A stretch of 63,875 nt of DNA, filler included, from Reticulomyxa filosa (taxonomy: Eukaryota > Protista > Foraminifera): NCBI GenBank assembly GCA_000512085.1. It is 11 parts of 11 records of this genome, joined end to end, with 100 filler letters (N's around TTAATTAATTAA, not from the genome) between each part and the next. Parts side by side here need not be neighbours in the genome. Positions count along the whole stretch, not along the records: positions 11,033 to 15,978 come from ASPP01006060.1; positions 16,079 to 20,386 come from ASPP01001285.1; positions 20,487 to 30,354 come from ASPP01016436.1; 8 more parts are not named here. One strand, written 5' to 3'. The notes beneath the pieces are model-generated. The model saw only the letters and a program-made list of their open reading frames with translations, was not told the origin of the DNA and did no database searches. Below are positions 12,767 through 26,160 of this stretch, piece after piece (position 1 is the first letter of the stretch; the number at the start of each line of letters is the position of its first letter). Position numbers and translations under genes: made by a program.

Positions 12767-13420
12767 TCAGTTATCATTTTGCTTTTGAGGAGTCCAAATT
12801 GTTGCGTCATTTTTTTTGGCCTTCTTGTGCTTTGTTTTGGCTTTTTTATTTTTGCTGTCGCTTTTCTTTGTTTTGGAACTTTTTTTTTTCTTTGCTTCTG
12901 TTGTCTTTTTTTTGGATTTTTTATTATTTTTTTTTGTTGTCGCTTTCGATATTAAATTAGACGGAAGAGGATCTTCAACACTTTTTTTTTTGTTTTTAGG
13001 GTCGACATTTGTTTCTTTTGTTTTATTTGAACATGTTAGCGTTGACAATTCTTCAAATCGGTCGTGTGTCCAATTCTCTTCGGGATCGGTCAGATCCGTT
13101 GACTTTTGCTCTTTCATTTTTTTACGTCGCTTCGCGTTGAGTCTGCGTAGCTTCTCGATATTTGTTTCATCACTGTCACTTTCGGATGATAATTTTCGTT
13201 TTCTGCTCTTTTCCTGTTAGTCCATTGGTCACATTTTTTTATCCTGCATCATTTTTTTCTCCCTCCTCCATAATAAAGTGGATGATCTTACTTTACTTCG
13301 TTTTTTAGAACCTGGGCCGGTTTGAGTATTCCACAAATATTTCTCTTCCAAGCGCCGATTATGACTTTGAACGGCGTCAATAGTCCCTTGAAGAAAACGG
13401 ACAGTATTTTTGCTAAACAT
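12767..13420 (-). CDS. NKAPD1 (C11orf57)-like Lys-rich nuclear protein, 2 exons
   Basis: RFLQGTIDAVQSHNRRLEEKYLW resembles the NKAPD1 N-terminus. WTHDRFEEL motif and a K-rich tail. Intron ~13214-13291 with GTAAGA donor and CTAACAG 3' end. Confidence 0.55.
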
Positions 13421-13948
13421 TTAAGATCCGAATAGAGAAGAAGCTACTTCAAAAAAAAAAAAGGTGCCCAGGGCAGTTCAAGGTACAGTTTTTGTTTATT
13501 GTCTTTGAAAAACACAAAAAAAGAGAAAAGGATCAATAGCGAACAAGTTTAGTCAAAGACAACAAGTCAGCAAACGTTGACAATAACTATGTGATTGGTG
13601 ACTTGATTCAATTAAACATTAACTCCATTTTGAGTGTTTTGTAATTGCACGATGTTCTCCAACGAAATTTGTTGGGGGAAAAAAAAAGTGTTTTTCTTGG
13701 GGTTATTCTTTCACAAAACATTTATTTTGAAATCATCAAAACCCCCCAAACAAAACAAAAAAACACTTGAATAACAACCAAAGAGAGGGGGAGAGATCAA
13801 CCACTTAATTTTTAGGTTAATAATAAAATAAAAAAATCAAGATCAAATCAAAACAAAAAAGCAAGAGAGAGAATTTTTGATAACCTTTCCCACGCAAACA
13901 GGAAGAAAAATGGAGAGGATGTAAAAAAAAAAAAAGAAAAAAAAATCA

Positions 13949-15960
13949 TTACTCAGGTTTGATGGCTCCATAAATTTGTTTCAAAAATGTGAAAGTGCTC
14001 CACCATCCAACAGCACCTAGCATTAAAAAGAAGGCATAAGAAACAGCGGTAACATAGCCGAAGAAAAAAGCAGCTTGAAGCACACCATTCATGTAGGATC
14101 GATAGTAATAATAGAACACAGCGTATCCCAAAATGTAAATGCCAGGACTGCCTGCAGTTGCAAAAGAGCGCCACCACCATCTCCAGTCCTCGCTTTGCAA
14201 TTGAAAGTAGGTGACTGCGATAGTAACCGCGGCAGTAACGATCAATAACATAAAAAAGGCCAAAGACAAAATGCCAAACAATGTGTATACCTGATGTCCA
14301 AATATGGCAGTGAATAAAAAGTGTAATTCGATGTAGATTGCGGTGAATGGCAAAATGCCAGTCAAAATGATCTGCAGCCACGCGCTACGGTACCACGGTA
14401 AGTCTGGGATTTCTCGTGCCACTATTTTATTTGTCAAGTCATTGGATTAATGCTCATTGTTGTAACAGTGATTATATAATATACATACATATACATATAT
14501 TAATTGTTTAATTAATATGCATATTTTTAAGATAAAAAGAGATTAATATTAAAAACATCACCTTTAGTAGTAGGTTTTATTGGAACGTCCAATTGGGGCG
14601 AAATGTTTCGCACCCGATGAGCAGCGTATATTGTCAGAGGGAAAGTAACCACACTCCACAAGACAATGACGGCAAAGATATAAAGAAAAGGTAAGGCCAT
14701 GGTGGAATTGTAGATCCAGGCAATGCTATTGACCACTAAAAATATGACAAAAAACGGAACGGGGAATATGCACGCAGTAAGAACGGCGTTGGTGGCCCAT
14801 TTTTGCCCTCCCATTTGCACATACAAACCGCCGCTCACATGTCCGCTAATGCCGGCTGTGAGGCAATAACAAAAGATAACCGCGCTTGTCAATGCCCCAC
14901 GGTTGCCCGGATAAAACGTGCCAATCAATGAAAGTAGCAACAAGCTAATCATCAATACAAGTAATTGTGTCCCTATTATTTTTGACAAAGCCATTACAAA
15001 CTTGCATATCATTAACTTTAAAGAAACGACACAACATTCAAAAAAAAAAAAAAAAACAAATCACATGCCGGTGCCAATGCAAGCAGAAAATAACATAATG
15101 CGATTGGGAACTCGGAAGACATCTTGTTGGAGTTGTTTCCATCCCGAGTCGTCCACGTCTTCCAAATCGGCTTTGAATGCAGCGCTAGAGCGGTAGCGAG
15201 CACAATCTCGTCGCAAAACCCTTGTCATCACTAACGCGACAAAAGCAGTGACCAAGACAACCAAAATGAACGAGTTCAGTATGGACAGCCAATGCACGTC
15301 CAATGGTTGAGATCGAATTAATTTTCTCATATGATACGACAATCGATCATTGACATCAACTTCTGTTTCCTCCCAATCTACTGTGTACGTGAATGACACC
15401 GATACGCTCTGATCCCCCCCCGCACCCCCAAACATCATAATGTGCCGCACAAAGACAGCCAAAAATCAGAAACAAATCAAGACAATCCCCTTTTGGATAG
15501 AGGAAAACATTTGCTTTGTTTTATGTAAGAATGCAACGTTTGAAAAAGGGAGGAACACACAGATACTAAACATTGATGTCATGTTCTAAATCGATTTTTT
15601 TATTCAAGTCTGTGGATATGCGACAGGATATCACCTGCATTGTTTGTTTTTTGAAACAACAAACATTTTTGCCACTTTCTTTCCCCCCCCCCTTTTTTTT
15701 TTTTGCTATAAAAAAAAAAAGGGGGGGGAGGGGGAGAGAGAGGGGAGGGGAGAGGAGCAGAAAGAATAGAATCGTTTCGTAAGAGTGATTGGTTAAACAA
15801 TAAAAAAAATAAATAAATAACATGAGACTCATGGTATTCACAATGAAAATTCCAATGCGTGAACAAGAAGTAAATCGTTTCTTGATGCGTGTGATCTTCA
15901 TAGTTTTGTATTATTGTCTCTTCTTTCCCCAGGAATCCAGTTACCAACAATTCATGGTCT
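13949..15960 (-). CDS. Transmembrane 9 superfamily (nonaspanin/EMP70) protein, 5'-truncated, multi-exon
   Basis: Motifs VHWLSILNS, DDSGWKQLQQDVFRVP, REIP, GILPFTAIYIEL, EDWRWWWRSF and C-terminal IYGAIKPE. Confidence 0.93.
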
Positions 15961-16677
15961 GTTTTTTTTTTTTTTTTTNNNNNNNNNNNNNNNNNNNNNN
16001 NNNNNNNNNNNNNNNNNNNNNNTTAATTAATTAANNNNNNNNNNNNNNNNNNNNNNNNNNNNNNNNNNNNNNNNNNNNATTAAAAAAAATTTAATTAAAA
16101 ATTATTAATAATTTCCAATATTTAGCAAATAGATTGTCGCTTAGTTACTTACCAAAGTAGTGTATAAAAATGGAAAAAAATTAAACTACAAGTATTGCCA
16201 AAAATTATGCCTTCTTATTTTCTCACTACGAGATAGTACATCAGTTATTGATTGCGATTTTAAAAAACTTTTTTAAATTTCTCTAGTTACAAGTGTTAAC
16301 TCAAATTAAGTTAACAGTGTTAACAAATAACCTGCAAGAATTAAAAAAGGCGTAGTTAGTAAAGAGCAACAAAATGATAACAGTGCACAGCCACCTCTGT
16401 GCTGTAGTCTTTCGTTCGGATAATATATTTCAAATCAAACAACGTCAGACCGAAAGAAAGAATTATTCAAACCAAAAGAATTGTATAAAAATTGTTCAGT
16501 TTTATCCTATTTCTATTATTAAAAAAGTTAATGTGGATAAAAATTTCCAACGGGAGTCGCACTCCGAGTGACCTTCCTTTATGTGAAAAATTAACGCAGA
16601 AGGATTTTTAAAAAAAACCCCTTTTGATGTGCAACAAAAAATTATTATAAAAAAAAATCCAACCAAACAAAACAAAA

Positions 16678-17292
16678 TTAAACAGTAGAATAAGTATAAG
16701 GAGTAGCATTTTTGTGAGTTGACCCGTCGGCCATAGCTTGATCAAAAAATTTATATTCAACAGTACTCTCTTCGTCCAGATTGAGAATCTCTTTAAGTCG
16801 TTCTCCAATTCGAAATCGCACATCATTTTGGACATTATTGTTTCCGTTCCAAACGGTTATATTTGCCACGTCTCTCCGAATGGCAATTACAATTCCGACC
16901 AATTCTGGTGTCAAGAAATTTTCTCCAATCACGGCCATCAAAAGCTCTTCCCATAGCCGGTTCAGAAAGCGTTCGTTTTTGGACACACGGATAATCCAAC
17001 AACCTCCTTTTGGAAACGACTCCCATGCCGGTTCTAAATTGGCACGGAACACTGCGACGTTAAATCCATGAGGCATTGATTGAGGTCTTTGTAAGTGCAC
17101 GTAATGTTTCCAAAACGATTCGACTGAATTAAACGTTCCAAGCTGATGAATGTTCTTCTTCCAGTCTTCACTTCCTTCCGTTTTGTGATCTGTATGCTTT
17201 GACCACCAATGCACTGTCCACGCTGTTTGCAATGGATGCTTGCCATTGATCTCAGATTTTTTTTTAGTGTCTGGCGCTGCCTCGGAAGACAT
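16678..17292 (-). CDS. eIF4E: Translation initiation factor eIF4E family cap-binding protein
   Basis: HPLQTAW, SVESFW, PAWE, GGCW and LWEELLMAVIGE. The cap-sandwich Trp residues appear retained. Likely ATG at 17292 (MSSEAAP). Confidence 0.93.
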   Translation of the reverse strand: MSSEAAPDTKKKSEINGKHPLQTAWTVHWWSKHTDHKTEGSEDWKKNIHQLGTFNSVESFWKHYVHLQRPQSMPHGFNVAVFRANLEPAWESFPKGGCWIIRVSKNERFLNRLWEELLMAVIGENFLTPELVGIVIAIRRDVANITVWNGNNNVQNDVRFRIGERLKEILNLDEESTVEYKFFDQAMADGSTHKNATPYTYSTV

Positions 17293-17899
17293 TTTTAATG
17301 CTTTGATGTTTTTTATTTGCTTTTTTTTCTTAGCCCCAAGTACAGGTTTTTTTGACACCTTCGTTTTTCCTATTCTTATCGCTTTTGAAAAAACTTTTTT
17401 TTAACATCGTGCAGCCACAAACAGCAAAACTAATTGATGAAATGTCAGTAGAATTAGTAAGATTGATAAAACAAACATAACGTTCAAAATTGAGAATGAT
17501 AAATTACAGTGTCTTTGTAATTATCTAAATTTAAAAAAATAAAGTCAAAACTTGATGTAAATATATCCTCAATCAAATGTAACTAGTCTTAAAAAGCCTA
17601 TAATGATAATCATTATTGTATCAGTTGTCCTTTCATCAATTTTTTAGAGTATTATACATTGCAGCTTTTTATTGTTTCACTAATATATAATCCAATTTGT
17701 TGATATGTGTCTCAAAGTCATCCTGATCGCTGAAGATAATGGAAAATTGAGGAATATACATATGAGAAGATATACAGTATTGATCCGGCTATTTACCGAT
17801 TAAAAGTACTAAAATTTTACACGTCAATTGTATTTTTCCTTCAAACTTTTTTCGATTTTTATATCCTCGTTTGCTTATAATAGTACTTTTTGTGAACTC

Positions 17900-18560
17900 A
17901 ATGCTGTTCGATTTACTCATTTATCAACCTGCCTAATTTAATGTGAACTTTTTCGGATTGAATATACGTGGACACTGAAAGAGTCATTGAACAAGAAAAA
18001 GTGGTATTTTGCAATACCAATAACTTGGTTGTTAGAAGGCAAAATGGAAAAGCAAGGTAAAATGCTTGTTTTGTTTTGAGCAAGTAATGAAAAAAGATCC
18101 CTAATTTTCCAACAATTACGTCGCCACATCAGGTAAGAGGGAATCATATGGTTTAAAATATAGTGTTGCAATGTATTCATTAAAAATGCATTTATCTTTT
18201 TTGTCGCATTGCTCGCAGCTGTCCAAACATTTTGAAATTTATTTAAAAAATGCAAAACAATAAAAAAAAGCAAATACCATCAAAAGACCCAACTTGCAAG
18301 GCTACACAGTTTTGCAATACTTGGAAATGTTTTTCACATCCCTTTTTTTCAACTACCAAATTGGCCATTCCTGCAACGCATTGCCCATAAGCCAAGCCCT
18401 ATTTACCGATTGTCAACAATTTGAAAGGCCGAACGAACAAGTGCAAATAATATTAAAAAGACCTCTTTTCGGCAATTTATGTACGCTTGGCCTAATTTAC
18501 CAATGGTAAATAAATTTCGTGGTTGTGTTGGCTTGGACATGTCGTTGTTCAATGGAGATT
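17900..18560 (-). pseudogene. Possible decayed non-LTR retroelement fragment (post-RT region)
   Basis: Fragments KLCSLASW, NVWTAASNATKKINA and MIPSYLMWRR loosely resemble LINE thumb/connection regions. Stops and frameshifts are present. Confidence 0.25.
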
Positions 18561-19218
18561 TTGATAATCAAAAGTACATGCATCCCCATTAATCCCCTTT
18601 TTTTGTTCTTTTAAGTTTTTCTGACTGATTTGTCTAAAAGCAATAGTATGTCATGTCCCAAGATGGGCACTAACAAAAAAAGATGGTTTTTATAAACAAA
18701 TTTTTAACACAATTGTCAAAAAATTTGAAATATGTGTGAAGTAGAAATATATGTATTTAGCACATTACTTAAAAAAAGATCAACCACAAAAAAAAACAAA
18801 AACCAGCAAAAAAACTATCAATTTTTTGACTATTGCTAATCCGATTCCAGCTAATACAAAGCGGTATTATAAAGCTTCCTTCATATTAATCATTCACTCC
18901 GTTTTCCAAAAAAAAAAAGGGGGGAGAAGAGAGAAAAGAGCCATTGATGAAAAACTATGAAAAGAATGGCAAATACGACTATTTTCAAAAAGCAATGCGA
19001 AGGAAGAAAAAGGAGGAAGGAGAGAGGGAGGGGAGGACACATGCCTAAATTAATCAAACTGAAAAACAAGAAAATATGGAGAATACTCGGCAAATAAACA
19101 AACAGACTAACAAAAACAAGTGAGCCCTCTCCTTTTTGTGTGTATATGGAGAAAAAAAAAAGGAGGGGGGGGAGAAGAGGAGAATGAAATGGTAAAAGTA
19201 GAAAAAAGCAAAGTACCA

Positions 19219-20340
19219 TTACCCATGGCTATGTTGAGAACAATTGTTATTATAAAGACACAAAAGATTTTCATCATGGTCATGATCCTGATCCTGGCCA
19301 TGAGCATGAGCATGAGCATGAGTGTGGTGATGAGAATGGCCGGTGTTATGTTTGAGCGAGTCATTCGTGCAGGCGAGCATTTCAAAGAGAAAGACGACAT
19401 CTTTGCGCGTAACGATTTTCAAGATATGGCGACCATGAAGAGCTTTTTCGCTTTTGCCAACGCGCACATGTTCAACACGAGCAATGTCATCTGCCAAATG
19501 AAGCCAAACGCTGTCATTGTTATTGTCATTTCTTGAGTGGTGTGTGTCTTCACGTTTGCCATTCTCATCAGTGTCACCCCCGACCCCGACTCCCTCGCGG
19601 TCATGACGATGACTATCATTAGCTTTGTCTCTGCTCTTCCGTTCGTTCGTCGAGCAAGTAGTGGGTATGAACTGCAAATGTCCCGAGGCTAGACGCAGCG
19701 TGCCGTGGACTTCCAAAAGAGTGTCTCTCCGAATGACATTGCATTCAATATCATTTACTGTCTTCATTGTCATCATCATCGTCGTCGTTGTCGTCTCAAC
19801 ATTGTTATATTTGTACTGATGAGAATATAATGATGATGAAAATGAACCAGTTTGCTCTTGTTTATGCAAAACCAAAAAATCATGTAGCAATTGGAACTGA
19901 CGTGCTTTCAAATGAATGAGATTGCGCTGCAGCACTTTGACTTGGTCGAGCAGCTGCTTTTCGGTGTCGATAGCCTGCTGCAGACAGGTAACAAAGTGGC
20001 GCTTTTGCGTGGACAGAGTGCGCAATGAGTGCTGTACAGCAAGCAGGTCGTGCTGGAAGCTGGCCGTTTGTTTCTTCAAGTGCTGCATCTTTTGCAGGTT
20101 GAGCTGTTCGATGAACTCGTTCAAGTCCGTCCACTCCTGCTCCAATGTCATCGTCTCCGACACCCACGCCTTCTTCGACTCCTCCAGTGTCTGCAATGTG
20201 TGCTGCTGAATTGCAGCGTGTCCTTCCATTTTATCAACTCTTTCTGCTTCACCTGCTTCGCAAACAAACACTGCTGTTTCAATATGTGCTTGCATTCGAG
20301 CTTTTGGTCCCAGCTCGATATCAAGTCTTTAGTTTCTTCT
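19219..20340 (-). CDS. Coiled-coil + PH/GRAM-like domain protein with His-rich tail (partial)
   Basis: Heptad-rich Q/E/L segment, then beta-rich VHGTLRLASGHLQF and ILKIVTRKDVVFLFE. 5' end lost at the spacer; the 3' end may continue after an intron. Confidence 0.55.
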
Positions 20341-20349
20341 TCTTTACTT

Positions 20350-20386
<37 letters not shown>

Positions 20387-20519
20387 NNNNNNNNNNNNNN
20401 NNNNNNNNNNNNNNNNNNNNNNNNNNNNNNTTAATTAATTAANNNNNNNNNNNNNNNNNNNNNNNNNNNNNNNNNNNNNNNNNNNNTTTTTTTTTTTTTT
20501 TTTTTTTTTTCTCTTCCAA

Positions 20520-21724
20520 CATTGGAGTGTGGCAAACTCTGAAAAAAAAAAACAAAAACACAAAAAATGAATGAAAGCGAAAATGTGAACAAATCGAATG
20601 AAAAGGAAAAAAATGGAAGAAAAAAAGTCGAATGAAAGCAACTCGAACATGTCGAACGACGATTTGAGAGATGTGCTGGCACAGGCGCTGGGTGTGCTGC
20701 CGGCGGTGAATAAGCAGGAATTGCGCAGTGGGAAAAAGCGGTATGACAACTTGAAACGAATGGAACAATATGGCAATTCGCTGCTGCTGATCGGAGATCG
20801 CAAAGTGTCACAAGACGAAGTCGGCAATGCGCTGTTACTATATCTGAAAGGACTTAGCTTTTACGAAACCATCATTACACAGGCGCAAACATGGCTGAAA
20901 ATGTACTATGTATATTTAAAAGAAAGAAAACAACGATCCAAAACTGATGTCACTGACGATGACCATGAGAACGATACTAATAGCAATCATCATCGTGATG
21001 CCAATAATAATGATGATGATGACGATGATGACGATGATGACGATGATAATGATGATGACGATGATGATGATGATCCGTCGCCTCTCTTGCACTCCGTCAA
21101 TAAGTCCAAAGATGATGACAAGGACACGCAAAAAAATTTTAAAAAACTTCGGAAAAATTTATTGAAAGTATGCTATTTTTTTTTTTTTTTTTTTTTTTGA
21201 AAAAGAAGAAAGGGAGGAGAAAAGGGAAAGGGCAAATGACTAGTAGGATATATATATATATGTATATACATATATAGATTTGTTTTGGAATTTCAAAAAT
21301 ACAATAAATAGTGCTTATTGAAAGCGTGGAAAAACACAATTTGTACTGCCAACGCGGACAAGCGATCAAAAGTCTTTACGAAGAAAAAATGCTGGCACTG
21401 AAAATGTCTGCTGACAATGTGAATGAAATGATCTACAAAGAAGCGATCGAAATTAGTCGCAAAGCTATGAGCGACTGGATGCTAGGCGAGAAAAATAGTG
21501 TCCAAAGTCGATTGGAACAAGCACTATTGTTATTTGAATATTTGCTGTCCATTCCTAACCTTTTACCTTCCGACAAAGACACCTTACAACGCTGTATGCG
21601 AGATATTATATATGTATTTTATATATGCATATATGTCTATTTTTTTTTCAATCTTCACACTTTGTATTTTGTTTTGTCAGTCGTGTTGCAAATCAACAAA
21701 CGCTTGGTGACACTACGACTCTAG
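20520..21724 (+). CDS. ATG1: ATG1/ULK kinase C-terminal tandem MIT (EAT) region, 5'-truncated
   Basis: ALLLYLKGL, NEMIYKEAIEISRKAMSDWMLG, LEQALLLFEYLL and INKRL match the ATG1 C-terminal pattern. The kinase domain is not in this contig. Confidence 0.72.
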
Positions 21725-22189
21725 CTGATACACGCAGCCTTTCTTAAATATGACAGATCTTTTTGTTTGGTTTTTTTTAACAATGTTTCAAAACAAAAAA
21801 AGTTAATTTTTTTTTTTCTTTCCAATAATGTTGTCTCGACTGTTTCTTTTTTCTCACAATTAATGATCCAATTCAAATCATATCCATCTATCATTCATTG
21901 TTCCACCCACAAAAAATTATACTCACCAAAAGGGACATAAAAATGTTGTTTCAATCAAGCTTTCAATAAATTACAAAATCCGTCATAAAATGGAACTGAA
22001 TTGTTAGTTTTTATTTTAAAAAAATGATTTGATATAGCAATAAAAAATAAATGCAAAGGATTTGCGGAGTGCGTTTGCATGCTTTCCGACTTTTAGAAGA
22101 GTTCACGAAGTTTTTTTTGCATTGAAATAATATTTACAATTAGCATTTTTTTGTCCCATATTTTCAGTACACAATAAAAACAATCAAGT

Positions 22190-22939
22190 ATGTCGAAAGA
22201 TGAAAAAAAAGATGTCCAAGAGGAAACAGGAGGACTGGACGAAGAAGAACAAATTGAACTGCAACTGAAATCACAAGATGGGATAAGTTTTCCAGTCAAG
22301 AAGGACATCGCCATGCATTCAGCACTAATAAAAACTATCTGGAGTGGTTAGAAATCAAACTCAAACAAAGAAATTTTTTTTTTTTTTGTAAAGTGTCCTC
22401 AATTTTTTCAAACTTTGAAGTCAAAGTCTTCAATACGGAGAATCGAAGTAATGTTTTAAAAAAAAACAGGTGACAAAACAGAAACCGAAATTCCTTTACC
22501 CAATGTTAGAAGCGCAATTTTGAAACGTGTGATAAATTTTATGGAATATCATCATGGAACACCAATGAAAGAAATTGAAAAACCGTTGAAATCATCCAAT
22601 ATGCGAGAAGTTTTGATTCTGTTTGTGTGGTATACGTCTATTTGTTGGCCCTTTTGTCTCCAAAAAAAATAATTATTTTTTTGTGTTTTTGTTTAGGTAG
22701 TTCCTGAGTGGGACGCGAACTTTGTTGAAGTCGATCAAGAGACTTTGTTTGAATTAATATTGGCTGCCAACTACATGGATATTAAACCATTGTTGGACCT
22801 GACGTGTGCAAAAGTGGCGTCAATGTTGAAAGGAAAGACCCCAGAACAAATAAGAAAACAGTTCAATATTGCAAACGATTTCACCCCTGAAGAAGAAGAA
22901 GCCGTCAGAGCTGAAAATAAATGGGCCGAAGATTCATAA
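22190..22939 (+). CDS. SKP1: SKP1 (SCF E3 ligase adaptor); exons 22190-22346, 22470-22609, 22697-22939
   Basis: [56 protein letters not shown]. Canonical GT-AG introns keep the frame. Confidence 0.97.
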
Positions 22940-24102
22940 AAACAAACACACAAAGCAACAAACAAAACTCACTGGCAAAACTGGAACATATTTTAAGACT
23001 GAAAGAAAATTGCCAACATATTATGTTCTTTTTTTTGTTGTGTTTATTTCTTTCAGCCTTGCTTTTTTGACAAAAGACTCACATCTGAAGCGATTGAACA
23101 CTAACAAAATTTTTCACTTCCTCTAATTTTGCAAATCCCAAAAAGTACGAATAAACTACTCCCTAAGAAAAATACTTATCAGTCCATCCTTTTTATGTTC
23201 CATGAAAATAGTTTGTAATGTACACCAACTCAATGTAAGTTTGAAATAAACCAGCGGACTATGAATATTCACTAAAGCACATGAAGATGTTTTTGTTGAT
23301 GTTATATAAAGTGTCCGCCGCTGAGAAACAAAGCTCAGATCGAACTTCAAAACTTTTGCCATAAAAATTTGTTCAAATTTAACTACTCGCATTCGTCGTC
23401 TTGCTATGTTTTACGTTCATTTTCTGCTGAAAGTTGAAGTTTGGTTAAGAGATGACGAGAAATACAGTTAAAATTACTAGTGGTGCTCACAACATCTCGT
23501 TTGTACGAAACACAGCATATCTTTCAACAAGTTGGGACAAACATTAATAAAATAAATGTTAGCAAATAACACCTATATTCCTTGATGTTAGTTGAGATCT
23601 AAATAAATTTATAATTAGTTAAACTGATAATTTACTATATTTGAGTTATTTGTTCATATTGGAGTTGCTATTGTAAGTAATATCGTGTTGGTTAAAGAAC
23701 TGTTTGATCATAGAAACTTGACCTTCTTATGCATGCTGTACACAATTGGTTAAACTAAAGAAATGAATGGTCTACTTAATTTTGATTAATTATTACTGTC
23801 ATACGCTTTGAATTTAGTTTCTTAATGAAACAAACATCAAATTTTTTTGCACTGATAGATCACAATTGACTAGTAAAGAATTAATAAAATAATGAAAAAT
23901 TAAAATTTTGACTAAACTATAATTAAAAACTACAAAATTTCGTATAATTTTTAAAAAGTTTTGATTAACACTGATTTTTCAGTATTAAACTTTTTTATTT
24001 GCTGTATTATTAATATAATTATACATTTTGCAGAATAACGCTATATTTTTCATTTTCTCAACACCATTTTATTAATATAGTAACGCGATAAATACTACAA
24101 CA

Positions 24103-26160
24103 TTGTTTAACTTAACATTAAAGTGTGTAAAGAGGCACTTTCTGGCAAATTTGACAAAAATACACAATAAAAAAATAAGTGAACCAAAAATATGTCATAA
24201 AATAACTTGTAGTGTTTATTCTTTTCAAAGACGAAGTTTCTGTCTAGAGAAGGAGGAAAACAAAAACAAAAAAAAAACTAATTTTTCGATAATTGATCCT
24301 TTCAAAGAAATTATGGCACTTCATCAACATCGACTCAGCAAAAATTGTGTCGCAATTGGAACCAATATCAGAATTAGCTATGCCATTGGAGGTAGGAGCT
24401 TTTAAAAAAGTGGCTCGTGAGGAGAAAAGTGAATGGCTTCTGTTATCAAAGCAGTATCCAAAAGCTTCCAAACGTATGACATGTTTTTTTTTTTACTCTC
24501 AGATTTGCAATTAATGCTTAAAAAAATAAACAAACAGAATTGCACACACTGTTGGGTGATCGCTACAGTGAGGACAAAGAAACGCTGGACCGATTCGGAC
24601 GCGAAGTAATTGGGAACACCGTTGATAAAAAGACTAACCCACCCCAGGCGATTGTCTTTCCAAAGGACAAACAAGAAGTGATTGAAATTGTCAAAGTTGA
24701 TTGATAGCCCTCTTATTTTTTTTTTTTTATTGATGTGGAAAAAAAAAAAAGAGACTGACAACAAAATAAACAAAATAAAAAAAGATTTGCGGTAAATCGG
24801 AGCACCCGAAAGTAATACCAATAATTTGTCACAGTGGTGGGACATCTCTGGAGAGTCATTTTTTACCGACGAGAGGGGGAGTAATGATATCGTTTACACA
24901 GATGAATAGGATAGTGCGAGTGCATAAAGAGGATATGCAATGTGTAGTGGAACCTGGAGTAAACGTACATTATTTGAACAGCCAAGTGTTAATTCCCAAA
25001 TATGGGCTTTTTTTAGGTGTTGACCCAGCCCCGGCAGCTTGCATCGGAGGCATGGTAGGGACATGTTGTTCTGGACCTTCAGCATTTCAATATGGAACGA
25101 TGTTGAATCAGGTAATCAACTTGACATTAGTATTGTGGGATGGTACGGTGATCAAAACTGGGCAACGGGCAGTGAAGTCAGTGGCTGGATACAATCTCAA
25201 TGGGCTGTTTGTTGGCAGCGAAGGAACTCTTGGCATTGTGACTGAAATTACTCTACGTTTGCGAGCTGTTCCAAAGTGGACGGAAATTGCGCAGGCCTAT
25301 TTCGATGATATGGTCAGTGTTGCGAAATGCCAAAATGACATTTTGCAAAGTGGAATACAATTGGCTGCTTTTGAATTTTTAGACAATGTCATGGTTACTG
25401 CATGCCAAGATTATAATCCAAAAGGAATTCAATCTTTGATTCGCAACAAACACTTGATGATCTTCAAATTTGCTGGCCCTTCCAAAAAACATATCCATGC
25501 CGATATTGAATGCATTCAAGAAATTGTCAAAAAGTATTCCAAATATCCATTTATTTTCAGTACTGACGAACAAGTTTATTGTCAATTATCACTATCACTA
25601 TTATTGCTATCACTCATTTGATTTATATTTATTTGTTTGGAGGTTTTTTTTTGTCGTTTCTCTTTGCCTCCTTTTTCATTTCCCTTTTTTTTAATGTGTA
25701 TAACACTGCCACAAAGGAACGCAAGCGATTATGGAATACTCGCAAAGCTGCGTTCTGGGCTGCAAAAGCGATCAATAACAGCAAAGATGTAATTATCACT
25801 GATGTGGCTGTTCCCTACAGTAATTTGGGAGACATCTTGGTCAAAGTGAAAAAAGAATTGGATGCTAGTCCATTGGTTGGACCCATCATTGCTCATATCG
25901 GAGATGGCAACTTTCATAGCTGCTTGCTTTATGATAACAAAAATGTTCTAGAGATCGCAGAGGCAAAACGATTATGTAATTTCATTGTTGATTTGGCTCT
26001 CCAATTGGAAGGTACTTGCACAGCTGAACATGGTGTAGGGTTGAGGAAAAAAGAATATTTATTTAAAGAATTTGGAAATCACACTGTTCAATTTATGAGC
26101 AATTTGAAACATTTTATTGATCCGATCGGCATATTTAATCCTGGAAAGATTGTTGATTGA
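24103..26160 (+). CDS. LDHD: Mitochondrial D-lactate dehydrogenase (cytochrome), FAD-linked oxidase, multi-exon
   Basis: GGTSLESH, VDPAPAACIGGMVGT, GYNLNGLFVGSEGTLGIVTE, AHIGDGNFH, CTAEHGVG and IFNPGKI. Basic N-terminal presequence; exact start uncertain. Confidence 0.9.

Noticed and set aside
19219-21724. Divergent gene pair or single locus across 20387-20486
   Set aside because: The two genes are separated by an artificial spacer, so their relative orientation is arbitrary.
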